Shown piece by piece: positions 38,001 through 49,431 of a stretch of 64,000 nucleotides of DNA. Position numbers and translations under genes: made by a program. Source of the stretch: Dimorphilus gyrociliatus (Eukaryota > Animalia > Annelida); contig CAJFCJ010000007.1 of the NCBI GenBank assembly GCA_904063045.1, forward strand, positions 4,099,404-4,163,403, read 5' to 3'. The notes under the pieces were generated by a model. It saw only the letters and a program-made list of their open reading frames with translations, made no database searches and was not told where the DNA came from. Every line of letters starts with the position of its first letter. The first letter of the stretch is position 1.

Positions 38001-40527
38001 GATTTTAAAGAAACTTACTATTATATATACGTCATCCTGCCTAATAAAATATCTTTCGCCATTATCTACTTTAGGAAAGTTTGTTGGTTTTCCATCGCAT
38101 CTCCAGAGTACGGATTTTATCTGTAAAATGTGATTATAAAGTAGCATAATCTCTAAAAAAGTTAGTTATAACGAACTAAGTATCTATTTTCACTTTCGCG
38201 TTTGGTTTCATTAAGTTTATGTGTTAAATTCTCAAGATCCGAAAGTGCTCTTTGTAATGAAATTCTATCCTGATGATCACTAGGAGTACTCTTTAATAAG
38301 TCTTGCAACAAAAGTATAAATTGAGGAAATCTTTGTATAGGTTTTATTAATAAACCAGTTAAGGCTAGTCGATCTGGAGAAGATGCTTGTTTTTGCTATA
38401 TACAAACAAACAAAAATATAATATATGATATACTTTAAAAAACCAACAAACAAACAAATAATTAATATACCTGTAAGAATTCAGCAAATATTGGTTTTCT
38501 TGCTATCAGTTTCTTTGTTGTCTCACATGCCGTCGTATAGTTATTAACAAATTTACTATAAATTTCAAATACCAATGCTTTGTTAAACTGTTTTTCAACA
38601 AAACAAGAATGAAAAAAATTTTAGCAATATATTTAAATAACTACTTACAGCACCGGTAAATACGTCTCCAATTCTTTCGTCTATATCCCAAGATTGTGTA
38701 GCATTACTAAGTTCAATTTGAAACATTTCATGAATTCTATGAATTTGTGGAATGCACAAGAATATACTATCAATCTCTGATTCAGTCAATATAGGCGGTT
38801 TTGCATTGGCTAAGGATTGTTGATAGTCCTACAAAAAAAATTATTAATCCTTTTTATACTAATATATTTTTATATCTAATGAGAAGTTAGTGCTCCTATT
38901 CCTCGTAATAAGATCTATTTAATTGACAACGATGTGGGAGACATACAAGAAAGGATTGAAACCTCTTTTATTTATTTGTTTTCACGGAAGAGTAACCTTG
39001 GAAAAAAGACTCTTCACTTTAAAGCAGAAGAAATAAAATAAACCATTCTCTTTCTCTATATAATTTAAAAAAGAGAAGACTGACAATATAATTAACTAAC
39101 CACCTGTTGGTTTTACTACTACCATTTTGTTGTTACAATAAAAGAACATAACAAAACCATAGGCCTATTTGAGTTGATGGAAAAAGGAAACTAGGGTATA
39201 GGATCACTACGGCTCATTAGATTTCAGTTATTTGAGACTCTCTTACGAAGACTATCCGTTTTAGTGAATTTGCATAGGAAAGTTCGGTTTCTATAATATT
39301 CGAGACAATATGTCTTCTTTTTATCTATTTTTAGTAAGAAAGAATAAATTAGAAGAATAAATATAATAAAAATATAACATAGAATTAACTATGTTTATTA
39401 AAGATTTTTAAATATACCGTGTGTGTATATAAACTATACACAAGCATATATAAGAAATACTATTAAACTAATGTTATATCCTTTACCTTTATATTGCATA
39501 ATCCTTCCGGTTGTTGAGTTAATTCGGGTGGGGGATGTTTGTTGCAATCAAGTGAAAAGTCAAAAGACAGTAATGAATCCTGATCGTTGTATCTATTATT
39601 ATTTTTACTTGAGGAAGACGTCAAAGAAGATGCTCTTTTAATCTTTGAAACAAACTTTTGAAAGTTTGATTGCTGCATTAAAAGTATAAAGAAAAAAGTT
39701 ATTAATTTATTTAATAGTATATTGATATAAAAGAAAGAGGAAATGAATTTAGTAAAGGAAAATTAAACCTGATATAATTGTTGTAAAAATTGGATATTAT
39801 AGGCCTAGCTGAATATAAAATTGTTACATATATATTTTTGCTTTAAACTAAAAAACCCTATAAATATCAACTCAATAACCTGTCAGTATTTAATATTTTC
39901 AACTAAGATTGAAGTTAACCTTTACCACGCCTAATAAAGATATATATTAATAAATATAACATATAGGCATACTTGTTCAATTTTATACAATTAATGCTTA
40001 ATAGTATAATACATAGACTGTACATAACCAAATACATTAAATTAATTATCTAATAATTTTGGTAATTTAGCTATTAGTTGAGACTGTTTATGTCGAATTT
40101 GATTTTTGTTTACAAGATACTACACAGTACTCATATATACAGTGTACTACATATACCAATATACTAAACATATGTAACTGGAGAAAAGAAGTAAAATGTT
40201 TTTAGTAAATACAAACATTTTTTACATCATTTTTATGAATTTTATTATCTGGATCACTTTCCGTATCTGAGTTACCACTATTTTCGGGGCTAATATCGTT
40301 AGTAGTCTTGTAAGTTTCAACAGGTAATGAATAACGATTTTCACTATCTGTAAGAATGCAACAACAATGAAGAAAACAGGTTAGCTTTTGTTCTGCCAGG
40401 AATAAAACTTTAACAATAAAAGAAAAAAATTACTATGAGAACTTCTTAACGTAGAAGATTTTGATTCATCCGAGGATAGTTCGTCTAAAATATCCTCTAA
40501 ACTGTAAGAACTTGAATCAATATCCAT
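35013..40527 (-). CDS. ARHGEF10: Rho guanine nucleotide exchange factor 10-like (DH-PH plus beta-propeller)
   Basis: [22 protein letters not shown]; [35 protein letters not shown]; [11 protein letters not shown]; [24 protein letters not shown]; VASGGQGHR; C-terminal CLLLWQC. The 5' exons (40527-39600) are less certain. Confidence 0.88.
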
Positions 40528-41517
40528 ATTCTTCGCCCTATTTCCAATTTAATTTTTATTATTGATTTAAAACCTGAATTAAGTGGGCGGTTCTGTTCAA
40601 AATATATCATAAAACGAACCTTACTAATGTTATATAAACTGATAAAATAGAAAAGTTATAAAAGAATGATAATAGCAATTTAGGCAATAAAATTACAGAA
40701 GTTAACTGGTAATCATTACAGGCTGACGATATCTCTTCATTCAGTCCCCTTCTGATAAGAGAGTTTATCCATTATAAATTGTCAGTACTCGGTTGAAAAA
40801 ATATGATAGTAGATTTTTAGTGCAGATAAATCGATCTCTACCGCTAAACAGGCTATAGACCTTACTACCAGTATAGAATAGTATTGAATGATACACACGA
40901 TGAAGTAATTGGATAATGTAGGTCTATTAAATAAACAGTTCAAGCTTATTTTTTGTTTATAACATCATATTTTATTTGCTTTAAAGTTTTTTAACAAACA
41001 AATCAATTTTACTAAAATAATAACATAATTTATTGTATAAATAGATCTTTCATGATAAATCTCTAAAGAAGCTTTTAATATTAATTCCAAGATAATTTAA
41101 TTTCCCTATTTATATAATAGATAACTAAAGATTATATGTCCGTATTATTAAATAATCACAAATAAACACTTAGGAATTTGTTTGCTTTACAAATTAACCG
41201 GATTTATATTGAAGATTTTAATAAATATTTGATAAAAATAAACAAACGTTCTCTTGAATGTTAATAGCGCGCGAGCAGAAAAAAAAAGAACATTCGAATA
41301 TTACGATTTTTTTATGTAAAATGTGTAAAAAAATGTGTCTTTTTAGCCGAAATTGGATATTTCATTAAATGAAATTAACAAGTATATTTATTAAACACAC
41401 AAAAAAAAGTTAAAGTGAAGACAGTTGCACATTTTTTGAATGGAAAAGATCGGAAACAGTAACCAGTTTAGTGGTTGCTAAGAAAGCGATTATCCCGCAA
41501 TTTAAACAACAACGATA

Positions 41518-42499
41518 ATGTCGAAAGAGGCTGTGGAAGATCGTGAATTTGAACGATTACTGTCCGAAATTAATCAAGCGACAGCTGCTCCAACTAAGAA
41601 ACATGATCTGATCTTTAATTCGAAAGGGTACTTCAGTGCTTTGCAAGCTTCGCGGCTTATTTATGCCCAAACTACTCCACCAGATAAAGTTCGGGCTCTA
41701 AAAATTTTAGAACCAGTACGTTTATCCTTTTATTTGCTTGTTCATTTAACTGAATATATATAGTTAGTATTTAAGTTGACACTTATCGATTACAGAGATT
41801 ATGCCGAATGACATGTTCAGAGGCTCGAGACATTATAAACTGCTTCACCATTGGTAATGACAAACTTTCTGCATTGAATGTTGTTAAAAGATATCTAACT
41901 GACTGCGAACGTGTCGAGAGTATTGAATTCATTTTATCTTGCTTCCCTTTTGAGAAAGACAAGTACTGTGCGTTGAGTATCCTAAAAACAGTACGATCGG
42001 ATGTAGCGGACTTAATGGCTGCTGGAGGCCATCAAGGTAATTTTTTTGTTTAGTGATTTAATGGCTAAGCACCCTTATTACATTATCGTCATATTTTTAA
42101 GGTTATGCTGCTCTGGGATCTCTCTTTACACAATCAAGGCCTTTGGAACTTCATACTTATGGAAGCCTCAACGAACAAACCCAACAAATGCCTGGTGGTG
42201 GAAAGCTTCTTTTACCGGCACTTGCCAAGACTGATGTATCACCATCAACCTACAGTGGCCATCCTTCCTACGCTTATAAGCAGGGACGAGACTACGCCGC
42301 CGATCGAGGATATCCAGGTAACCCTTTCTCAGAAGGAAGTTGGTTCAACGAAACTGGAGGAGAATGTCCAGCTAGACCTGCAGTTGAGGGTATTTATCCA
42401 ACCGGAGCTCCACTTAGTGGCCAACATCAAGCAGCCCAAGCCCCAGTAGGTTTCCCTAATGATCAGAGTGCGGAAATGTCCAAAGTTATTTGTCATTGA
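41518..42499 (+). CDS. DUF4476-domain protein (PROSER1 N-terminus-like) with a Gly/Pro/Tyr-rich tail
   Basis: Three exons joined in frame: FERLLSEI...KGYFSALQASRLI...DKVRALKILEP|RLCRMTCSEARDIINCFTIGNDKLSALNVV. This resembles the recalled PROSER1 N-terminal pattern (GYFSSEQV..., NILNCFTFSKDKL). Confidence 0.7.
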
Positions 42500-42780
42500 C
42501 AGACATTGCACTAGGCTAACTGGTAAAAGCACGTATTATAGATCCTTGAATAAATACGAACAGCTATTCCAACTTAAAATGATTTATGAAATACAGATTT
42601 CACATTATTCAATTCTTTTATTACAAAGTAATAATAACATTAACTTTAAAAAAAAAACAATCATTGCGCAATAAAAAAATATAAAAGCCAAGTTTTTTTC
42701 AATAAGAGCTAAAGGTGATGTTACTTTTCGATTGTAATCGATTAAGAAAACGATAAAATTACAAACTTGATACATTTTTC

Positions 42781-43532
42781 TTATGAAATATTATAATTCA
42801 TAACAAATCCTATTAAAACTACACCAAGGGCGGAAATCCATTGGAAGCTGATTTTGTCTCCAGCGTTACACAAGTCCGTACTGCAATAACATTTTCTATA
42901 CGATCCTCCCCCACTTTTATAAGTATGACATTCGTTCGAAAAGTAACTCTGCCGACTAACATCGCAAACTTTGGTAACAATTCTTGAATATCTCGGTGTG
43001 TTTTTATAGTAGCCAATCTTAGCAACGGTTATTAAACTAATACATGTATTGCATCCTTCTCTGATCCTCTTTCCCACTGAAGCACCAGAGCCTTCACGTT
43101 CTTCGCATAAATTTCCATAGCCTGCTTTCCATACGTTGCATTCGTAACATTTGATTGTTTTTCTTTGAGAGACTGCAAAAAATGTTATTTTGGTTAAAAT
43201 TTACTTCATCATCTAAGAAGTATATATCATTCTATTTTGCCAATTGAAAAAAGTTGTGTGAAATTTTCTTACTATTTTTAGTAAGTAAACGTTTTTACTT
43301 TGCTTTAAATATTGAACAAAGTTAAATGTAAAAAATCAATAGAGGACTTTACAGATTTATTTACCAAAACGTGCAATTTAAATCTGTAACCTTTTTATTC
43401 TTTTTAGAGTTTATATAAAGACAGAAATTTTAAATGCAATTTTTATTGAAATCGCTTACCTTGTGCTGATAGTGTAACGTCAAGGATATTCAAGGAAATA
43501 AACAAAGCTGTTATATAATACAGGATGTTCAT
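42781..43532 (-). CDS. Ly6/uPAR three-finger (quiver/sleepless-like) protein, probably GPI-anchored
   Basis: Exon 43532-43460 encodes signal peptide MNILLYITALFISL. Exon 43172-42781 encodes IKCYECN...CYCSTDLCN (10 Cys) and a hydrophobic C-terminus. Confidence 0.82.
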
Positions 43533-43600
43533 CTTAGCCGATTTCTGAATCAAGAGCTAAAAAGCAGGTAAACTTTCAATTAGTCCAGGTAAAGTCATAA

Positions 43601-43745
43601 CCGGAAGTTCGGACATATTGGGATATTTTCGTATTATTTATTTGAAATTTTTAAAAAATTTAGCATTTATAATAATATCGCCTTCTTTTAATTCGGACTG
43701 ATTTTACGAAACTTGTACTTTAAATCTAGGTGGCATCACTTCCGG
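43601..43745. promoter_or_regulatory. Two oppositely oriented ETS sites and a CTCF-like core in the quiver-like/LUC7L divergent promoter
   Basis: CCGGAAGT at 43601-43608; CACTTCCGG at 43737-43745; CTAGGTGGCA inside 43723-43736. Confidence 0.5.
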
Positions 43746-43815
43746 TTCAATCGTTGGTCCGTCGATTTTTTGTATCATTAAACAAGCGTATTGCACTCAT
43801 AGGACTGCGGCAAAC

Positions 43816-45397
43816 ATGTCTGCAGCAGATCAGGTGCGGGCGATGCTCGACGAGCTCATGGGTACTAATCGAGATGGTGAGATTGATTTTATTTCATGAT
43901 TTAAAAATGATCACCTAAAGCGTATAATAAAGAAATATTTTCAGCATCATATAAACTTTATTATGAAAATGATTGTAGGATTTTATGAATATGCAGATGA
44001 CAGTTGTAACCGAAACCGTTTTATTTTTTACCCAGAATAAGTGAAAAAATGAACGCGGAAAATAATAGGGCAGACAGTAAATCTCCGGGCATTCCGTGAG
44101 TTAATAACTTGTATCGATTACGTAATGTTTTATTTTATAACCCTATTTTTTGACAAAAAAAAATGGTTGGGTTGTAAGGTAAAAACATCTTAGGTCAAAA
44201 AATTATAAACATAAAAATAAGAGGGGTTTTGGTGAGTATTAAAAAATTCCCCTAAATCCACTCGCAGCTGCCCAAGATTAGAAATTATCGGTGTTCGTCG
44301 TGCGTATGTGTACATTTTTTCTATATTGTAATAGAGTTTAGAGAAAAGCAAACGAATAGGTCTTTTTGGGACATATCAAAAAGTTTTTCATCATAATCTA
44401 CGCAACAGGTGTAATAAAGAGGGAACAGCAAATTCTTTTTGACGATCCAAGAGTTTGTAAGAGCTTTCTTCTGGGTTGCTGTCCTCACGACATTTTAGCG
44501 AGCACAGTAAGTTTATACGAGAATTATTTTTTAAAAATATTACGTTACGTTTTTAACATTTAAACTGTTATGTTTAGAGAGCTGATTTGGGTGACTGTAG
44601 AAAAATTCATGATTTGGGACTTCGTGCGGATTATGAGCAAGCAGCCAAGAGGAAAGATCACTTTTATGATGTTGAAGCGGCTGAACAACTTCAAGCTTTC
44701 ATCAATGACTGTGACAGGAAAATAGAAGTAGCAAAAAAAAAATTGAAGGAGACGCAGCAAGAACTTGGGGAAGATGCTCTCGCAAAAGGTAATTGAAGTA
44801 ATTAAATATTTAATTTCCTAAGAAATTACCTTTGCAGGGGATGATATTCATGCACTCGGTGAACAAATTGGAACAAAACTCGCTAAAGCTGAAGAGTTGG
44901 GCGCCGAGGGACGAGTAGAGGAATCTCTAGCCCTTATGGAGGAAGTAGAAAATCTGAAAAAGAGGAAAGCTGATTCGGAAGTTGAATATCGCAATGCTAT
45001 ACCGGCCTCTTGTTACCAACAACAAAAACTTCGTGTTTGTGAAGTGTGTGCAGCCTATTTGGGTATTCATGATAATGATAGACGATTAGCTGATCATTTT
45101 GGTGGAAAGTTGCACCTGGGGTTTATTGAGATTCGACAGAAATTAGACGATTTTAGCCAAAATCTAATGGAGCGTAGATTAGAAAAAGAAAAAGCCAGAA
45201 GCAGTCGACGCGATGATCGACGAGATAGGAGGTCACGTAGCAGAAGCCGTGAACAGTATCGAGACAAAAGACGCAGCCGGAGTAGGGACCGACACCGTAG
45301 AAAGCATAGAAGTCGTTCTAAGAGCAGAGACAGAAAGCGCAAGTCAAAGGACAAGCGCAAGCGGTCAAGATCAAGGAGCAGGTCTAATTCTCGCTAA
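43816..45397 (+). CDS. LUC7L: Luc7-like U1 snRNP-associated protein (LUC7L/LUC7L2 type)
   Basis: MSAADQVRAMLDELMGTNRDG; RVCKSFLLGCCPHDIL; KLRVCEVCAAYLGIHDNDRRLADHFGGKLHLGF; RS tail; four constitutive exons. Confidence 0.95.
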
Positions 45398-45788
45398 TTA
45401 GATAAAGAAAAGGGTTATTTTGTAATGGAAAGCTTCTTTTTTTTGAATTTTTATGTTGTGATGTAAAAGTTTCGGAATGAGAAAGAATAAAGTTATTCTG
45501 AAAAATTTACATTATTCTTATTAATGTTTACCCCCTTTTCATTAGAATAGTCAAATATTTCTTTTATAAAATAAACAAGTAATTAGGAATATAACGAAAA
45601 TATATTTCTTTTAAGAGAATTTGTCTATTGACATAGAACGTTTATCTTTCAATATTATACATTTTTCATACTAATTTCATCGATAAATATATTGTATAGT
45701 GTTGCGATGCGATAACATTCGCTTGTTGTTGACCTATAACTGTATGTATATAAAGTAAGTGCGCAAGTTGAGAACTAGGACTCTTATT

Positions 45789-46772
45789 ATGGCAGAACGC
45801 TTGCGTAGAATTCGGACACATCTCTCGGCTAAACCTTGTGCCGTAGGAAGTCTTCAACACCACCAGGATGATAACTTCCAATATACCCTTAGTGGCAAAT
45901 CTGTTTTGACCAAGGAGCAGAGAGAATTCTACGAAAAAAATGGCTATTTAGTGATAAAAAAATTGGTTCCCCCAGAGAAAATTCAAAAATTTGTGGATAG
46001 ATTTGCTGAAATTGTTGAGAATAAAGACGATAAAGTTCCTGGTATGATTATTATGAGAGATGTTGCTGTAGCCAAAAAACTTGATATGGAACCGCATAAG
46101 GCTATAAATAAACTTCAAGACTTTCAAGAAGACCCTGTTTTATTCCAATATTGCTCTCTTCCAGAAATAATAAATTATCTTCCAAGCTTTATTGGAGATA
46201 ATATTATGGCTATGCACACTATGCTTATCAACAAACCACCAGATCCTGGTACCGATACATCTAGACATCCAATGCACCAAGATTTACATTACTTTCCTTT
46301 TCGGCCAGCCGAAAGGATAATATGTTCTTGGACGGCAATGCAAAAAATTAACCGTGAAAATGGATGCTTAGCCGTTATACCCGGATCACACAAAGGCGAA
46401 CTACTTAAGCATACTTATCCCTCTTGGAAGAAAGGTGTGAACAAGATGTATCATGGAGTAGAAGATTATGATCCCAAAATGCCGAGAGATTTCCTCGAAA
46501 TGGAACAAGGCGATACCGTCTTCTTCCATCCCCTTCTAATTCATGGTTCCGGATCCAATAAGACAAACGGATTTAGAAAAGCAATTTCCTGTCATTACGC
46601 CTCAAGTAATTGTGAGTACATTGATGTGGAAGGTACTGTGCAAGAGAACATTGCCAAAGAAGTTTTAGAAATAGCTTCTAGACGGGCAGGTGGACAAATT
46701 TCTGGTATTAAATATCACGATATTTGGAGATTTCGAGCAAGATTGGTTAACGGTGAAAAGGTGAATCTTTGA
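45789..46772 (+). CDS. PHYH: Phytanoyl-CoA dioxygenase, peroxisomal, intronless
   Basis: PTS2 RLRRIRTHL; [11 protein letters not shown]; [14 protein letters not shown] (HxD); [11 protein letters not shown]; [11 protein letters not shown]. Confidence 0.95.
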   Translation: MAERLRRIRTHLSAKPCAVGSLQHHQDDNFQYTLSGKSVLTKEQREFYEKNGYLVIKKLVPPEKIQKFVDRFAEIVENKDDKVPGMIIMRDVAVAKKLDMEPHKAINKLQDFQEDPVLFQYCSLPEIINYLPSFIGDNIMAMHTMLINKPPDPGTDTSRHPMHQDLHYFPFRPAERIICSWTAMQKINRENGCLAVIPGSHKGELLKHTYPSWKKGVNKMYHGVEDYDPKMPRDFLEMEQGDTVFFHPLLIHGSGSNKTNGFRKAISCHYASSNCEYIDVEGTVQENIAKEVLEIASRRAGGQISGIKYHDIWRFRARLVNGEKVNL

Positions 46773-47254
46773 AAGAGAATGGTCATTTTGATTTATTGAA
46801 AAACATGCTCTGTATTTTTTATTCCCTTTCATGATTTCCTTCCTTTCAGTATAATTGGAAAACAGTAATATCGTTAAACTATCCCTTAATTTGATGCATT
46901 GGTTTAATTGATCAAATAAAACTAATGAACTCATTAAGTCGATAATTATCTATATAGTTCAAAGATTAGAGAATCTTGAAAGCATTTTTAAGAAATTCAC
47001 AGATAAATGACCTACACCGCGCGACCTTTCACGTTCTCTATCGGAAATAAATAAAGACAACACATATTTATTGATTATTGTTTATTACAAAGTTCTCTTA
47101 TCTCACCTGCTTGCTCTGTTTACAAACAAGTACAAGCGTCCTTTATTTATTTTTCAAACAATTTTATAGAATTATAGGAATTACAAATGGATTATCTGCT
47201 TGTTAAGAGTCTAATTTATATATTTCATTTTATTGCTATTACTAGACAGTTTAA

Positions 47255-48613
47255 TTAACATGGACTGCCCACCTGAAAGACTTTGAAAACGTTAATTAAA
47301 AGGAAACTACATAAGGCTCCGACAAGAGAACCACCTTGATTAACCACACCACACCATAACAAACATTTCCTACCGTTATTCATTAATAAAGTGGCACAAC
47401 AGACTTTAGCATAGGATAAACATGCAAAGAGTATGACAGATGTTGAAATGATTAGGCATTTCCCAATCCAACCTTCTTTAAATGGTACTTCAGGACTGTA
47501 TGAAGCTATTGTCAGATGATAAATACAACAAAAACAGCCTAATACAGTTATTAAAACAATATAACATGAATTTTTCATACATTTAAACAAGGCAATGAAA
47601 CATACAAGAGGGTTTGCCAACATACCAAGCCTAACGGACAAATTGTAGGCCTGATTTCCGTATGGTAAACAACTATAAGTTTGAATAGACGGAATGATAC
47701 CATTTGTAAAGGCGTTAGAGACATATGTAACAGTTAAAAGTAAGATAACTTTGCCAGTTTCATTTTTATTTGCCCGATTTGATTGAATTTGAGAATCAGA
47801 TTTCCCTAAAGGTCTTGTTTCATTTTTGTTATAATGCTCCATTCTTTTTCGATAATAAAAGTGAAGGATAGAAAAGGCTATACATGAAACAGTTAAAACT
47901 GTCAAAAGAAAGAGCATGAAGGCAGAAACTGAGAATTTTGGGTCTTTATATTTAGGAATCAAAATCCATTGTGTTGAATTGGTTGAATTAACAGTTTGAT
48001 TAAAGCATACTGGCTCAGAACCTGTTCCTTGAATGAGACCAACCATTGAGGGCAGAAATCCACTTAAACCTTCACCAAAGTATAAAGCAGACATATATTG
48101 TGGATGGAAGAAAGCCATATAAGGCAAATAAACTACAGAGCTTGTACAATCAACAACAGCAAGTAACGATGCAAAAATGAAAAGATATAAGGATCGCTCT
48201 TTTCCGTTGATTATGGCAGTTTTGTTCCAAAAAGAATAGAGCATGACGGTAGATATCATGCCTACGACTATTATTATATATATGACGGGCCATTCCTTTA
48301 TTCTTTTAGATGAAACCTTTTCAAGTAATGTATAAATGAGTGGCCCAATATTTGCTATTTGAATTATGATAACTAAGTAAGACGATAGATTCCAAGATTC
48401 TGGTAAACGGTCAACAAAATATGGCAGTTCTACCCATAATCCATTAATATCTATCCAAGAAGAAGCTGCAAAGCAGGTGATAAGAATGTAAATCTTCCAA
48501 TCAACAAAAATTTTCCTATTATTTTTCAAAGGTGGTTTGTTTTGAACGAAAGAGTTTGTTAATTCCTCCATTTGTTTATCAGAGAATATTCCAGAATATT
48601 CATTTTCTGTCAT
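47255..48613 (-). CDS. SLC52A: Riboflavin transporter, SLC52A family; coding region intronless
   Basis: SSWIDINGLWVELP; ESWNLSSYL; VDCTSSVVYLPYM; GEGLSGFLPS; NGIIPSIQTYSCLPYG; multiple TM segments. Probable 5'UTR intron 48853-48618. Confidence 0.92.
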   Translation of the reverse strand: MTENEYSGIFSDKQMEELTNSFVQNKPPLKNNRKIFVDWKIYILITCFAASSWIDINGLWVELPYFVDRLPESWNLSSYLVIIIQIANIGPLIYTLLEKVSSKRIKEWPVIYIIIVVGMISTVMLYSFWNKTAIINGKERSLYLFIFASLLAVVDCTSSVVYLPYMAFFHPQYMSALYFGEGLSGFLPSMVGLIQGTGSEPVCFNQTVNSTNSTQWILIPKYKDPKFSVSAFMLFLLTVLTVSCIAFSILHFYYRKRMEHYNKNETRPLGKSDSQIQSNRANKNETGKVILLLTVTYVSNAFTNGIIPSIQTYSCLPYGNQAYNLSVRLGMLANPLVCFIALFKCMKNSCYIVLITVLGCFCCIYHLTIASYSPEVPFKEGWIGKCLIISTSVILFACLSYAKVCCATLLMNNGRKCLLWCGVVNQGGSLVGALCSFLLINVFKVFQVGSPC

Positions 48614-49431
48614 CGTCTGAAAGCAATTGTTAAATGATTGAAAATAATTTTAAATTAGAAAAGTGAAGGATGAATATGCGGGCGGAAGGGAACACATGGC
48701 TCTATTTGAAAAAAAATTCCCCCAGCAGTTGTTGATAGCGGCATTTCTAATTTCGTAATTATTATAAATATTTTAATATTACATTAAATTGTTAAGACAG
48801 CTGTGAAAATATAGGTACAATAAGATTTTTACAGGTACAAATTTTACACTCACGCCTATTCTTTATACTATCGCGTAATAAGTCACCTTCAATCTAATTT
48901 CATTTTTATCAAAAATGAAAGTTGATTAAATGTGCAAGTCCTCACTTCACTATTTAAGAATAAAAATGCCAAAGCTTTTACTGCCAATAAGGTGAAAACG
49001 TGTCATCAGTTTTGTTACTTGTTCTTGACATGATGAAAATATTATGAATGAAATAGTACAAAATATACCAGTTTTTACTGACACTTTCAGTTGAGAAACT
49101 GGAATAATTGTTAAACTAGAGTAATTTGCGCAGTACTGTTTTTTAAGCAAAAAATTTTAAAATAAAAAAATAATGTTACGAAACTCAATATCGTTTATTA
49201 ACAAAATTTTAAACATTATTACGAAACAATGAGACTTGAATAAAATATACAAAATTTTAGCTTGAATTCTTGAGAATGCAAAGTTCTTCAGATTCTAAAA
49301 CCTGAAAAAACCTGAAAACATATAAACAAATACAATCCTACTCTTAACTATATAACAATTTTTTTCATCTTTTCATATTTTTTTCCTACATTTTTTCATA
49401 TTTTTTTCTTTTTTCTTTTTTTTTTTTCTTT

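Noticed and set aside
45094-45401. Overlapping ORFs on the LUC7L RS domain
   Set aside because: Low-complexity frame and antisense shadows
34672-47030. GCGACCTTTC present in two convergent intergenic gaps
   Set aside because: Only two 10-mers; cannot be separated from chance
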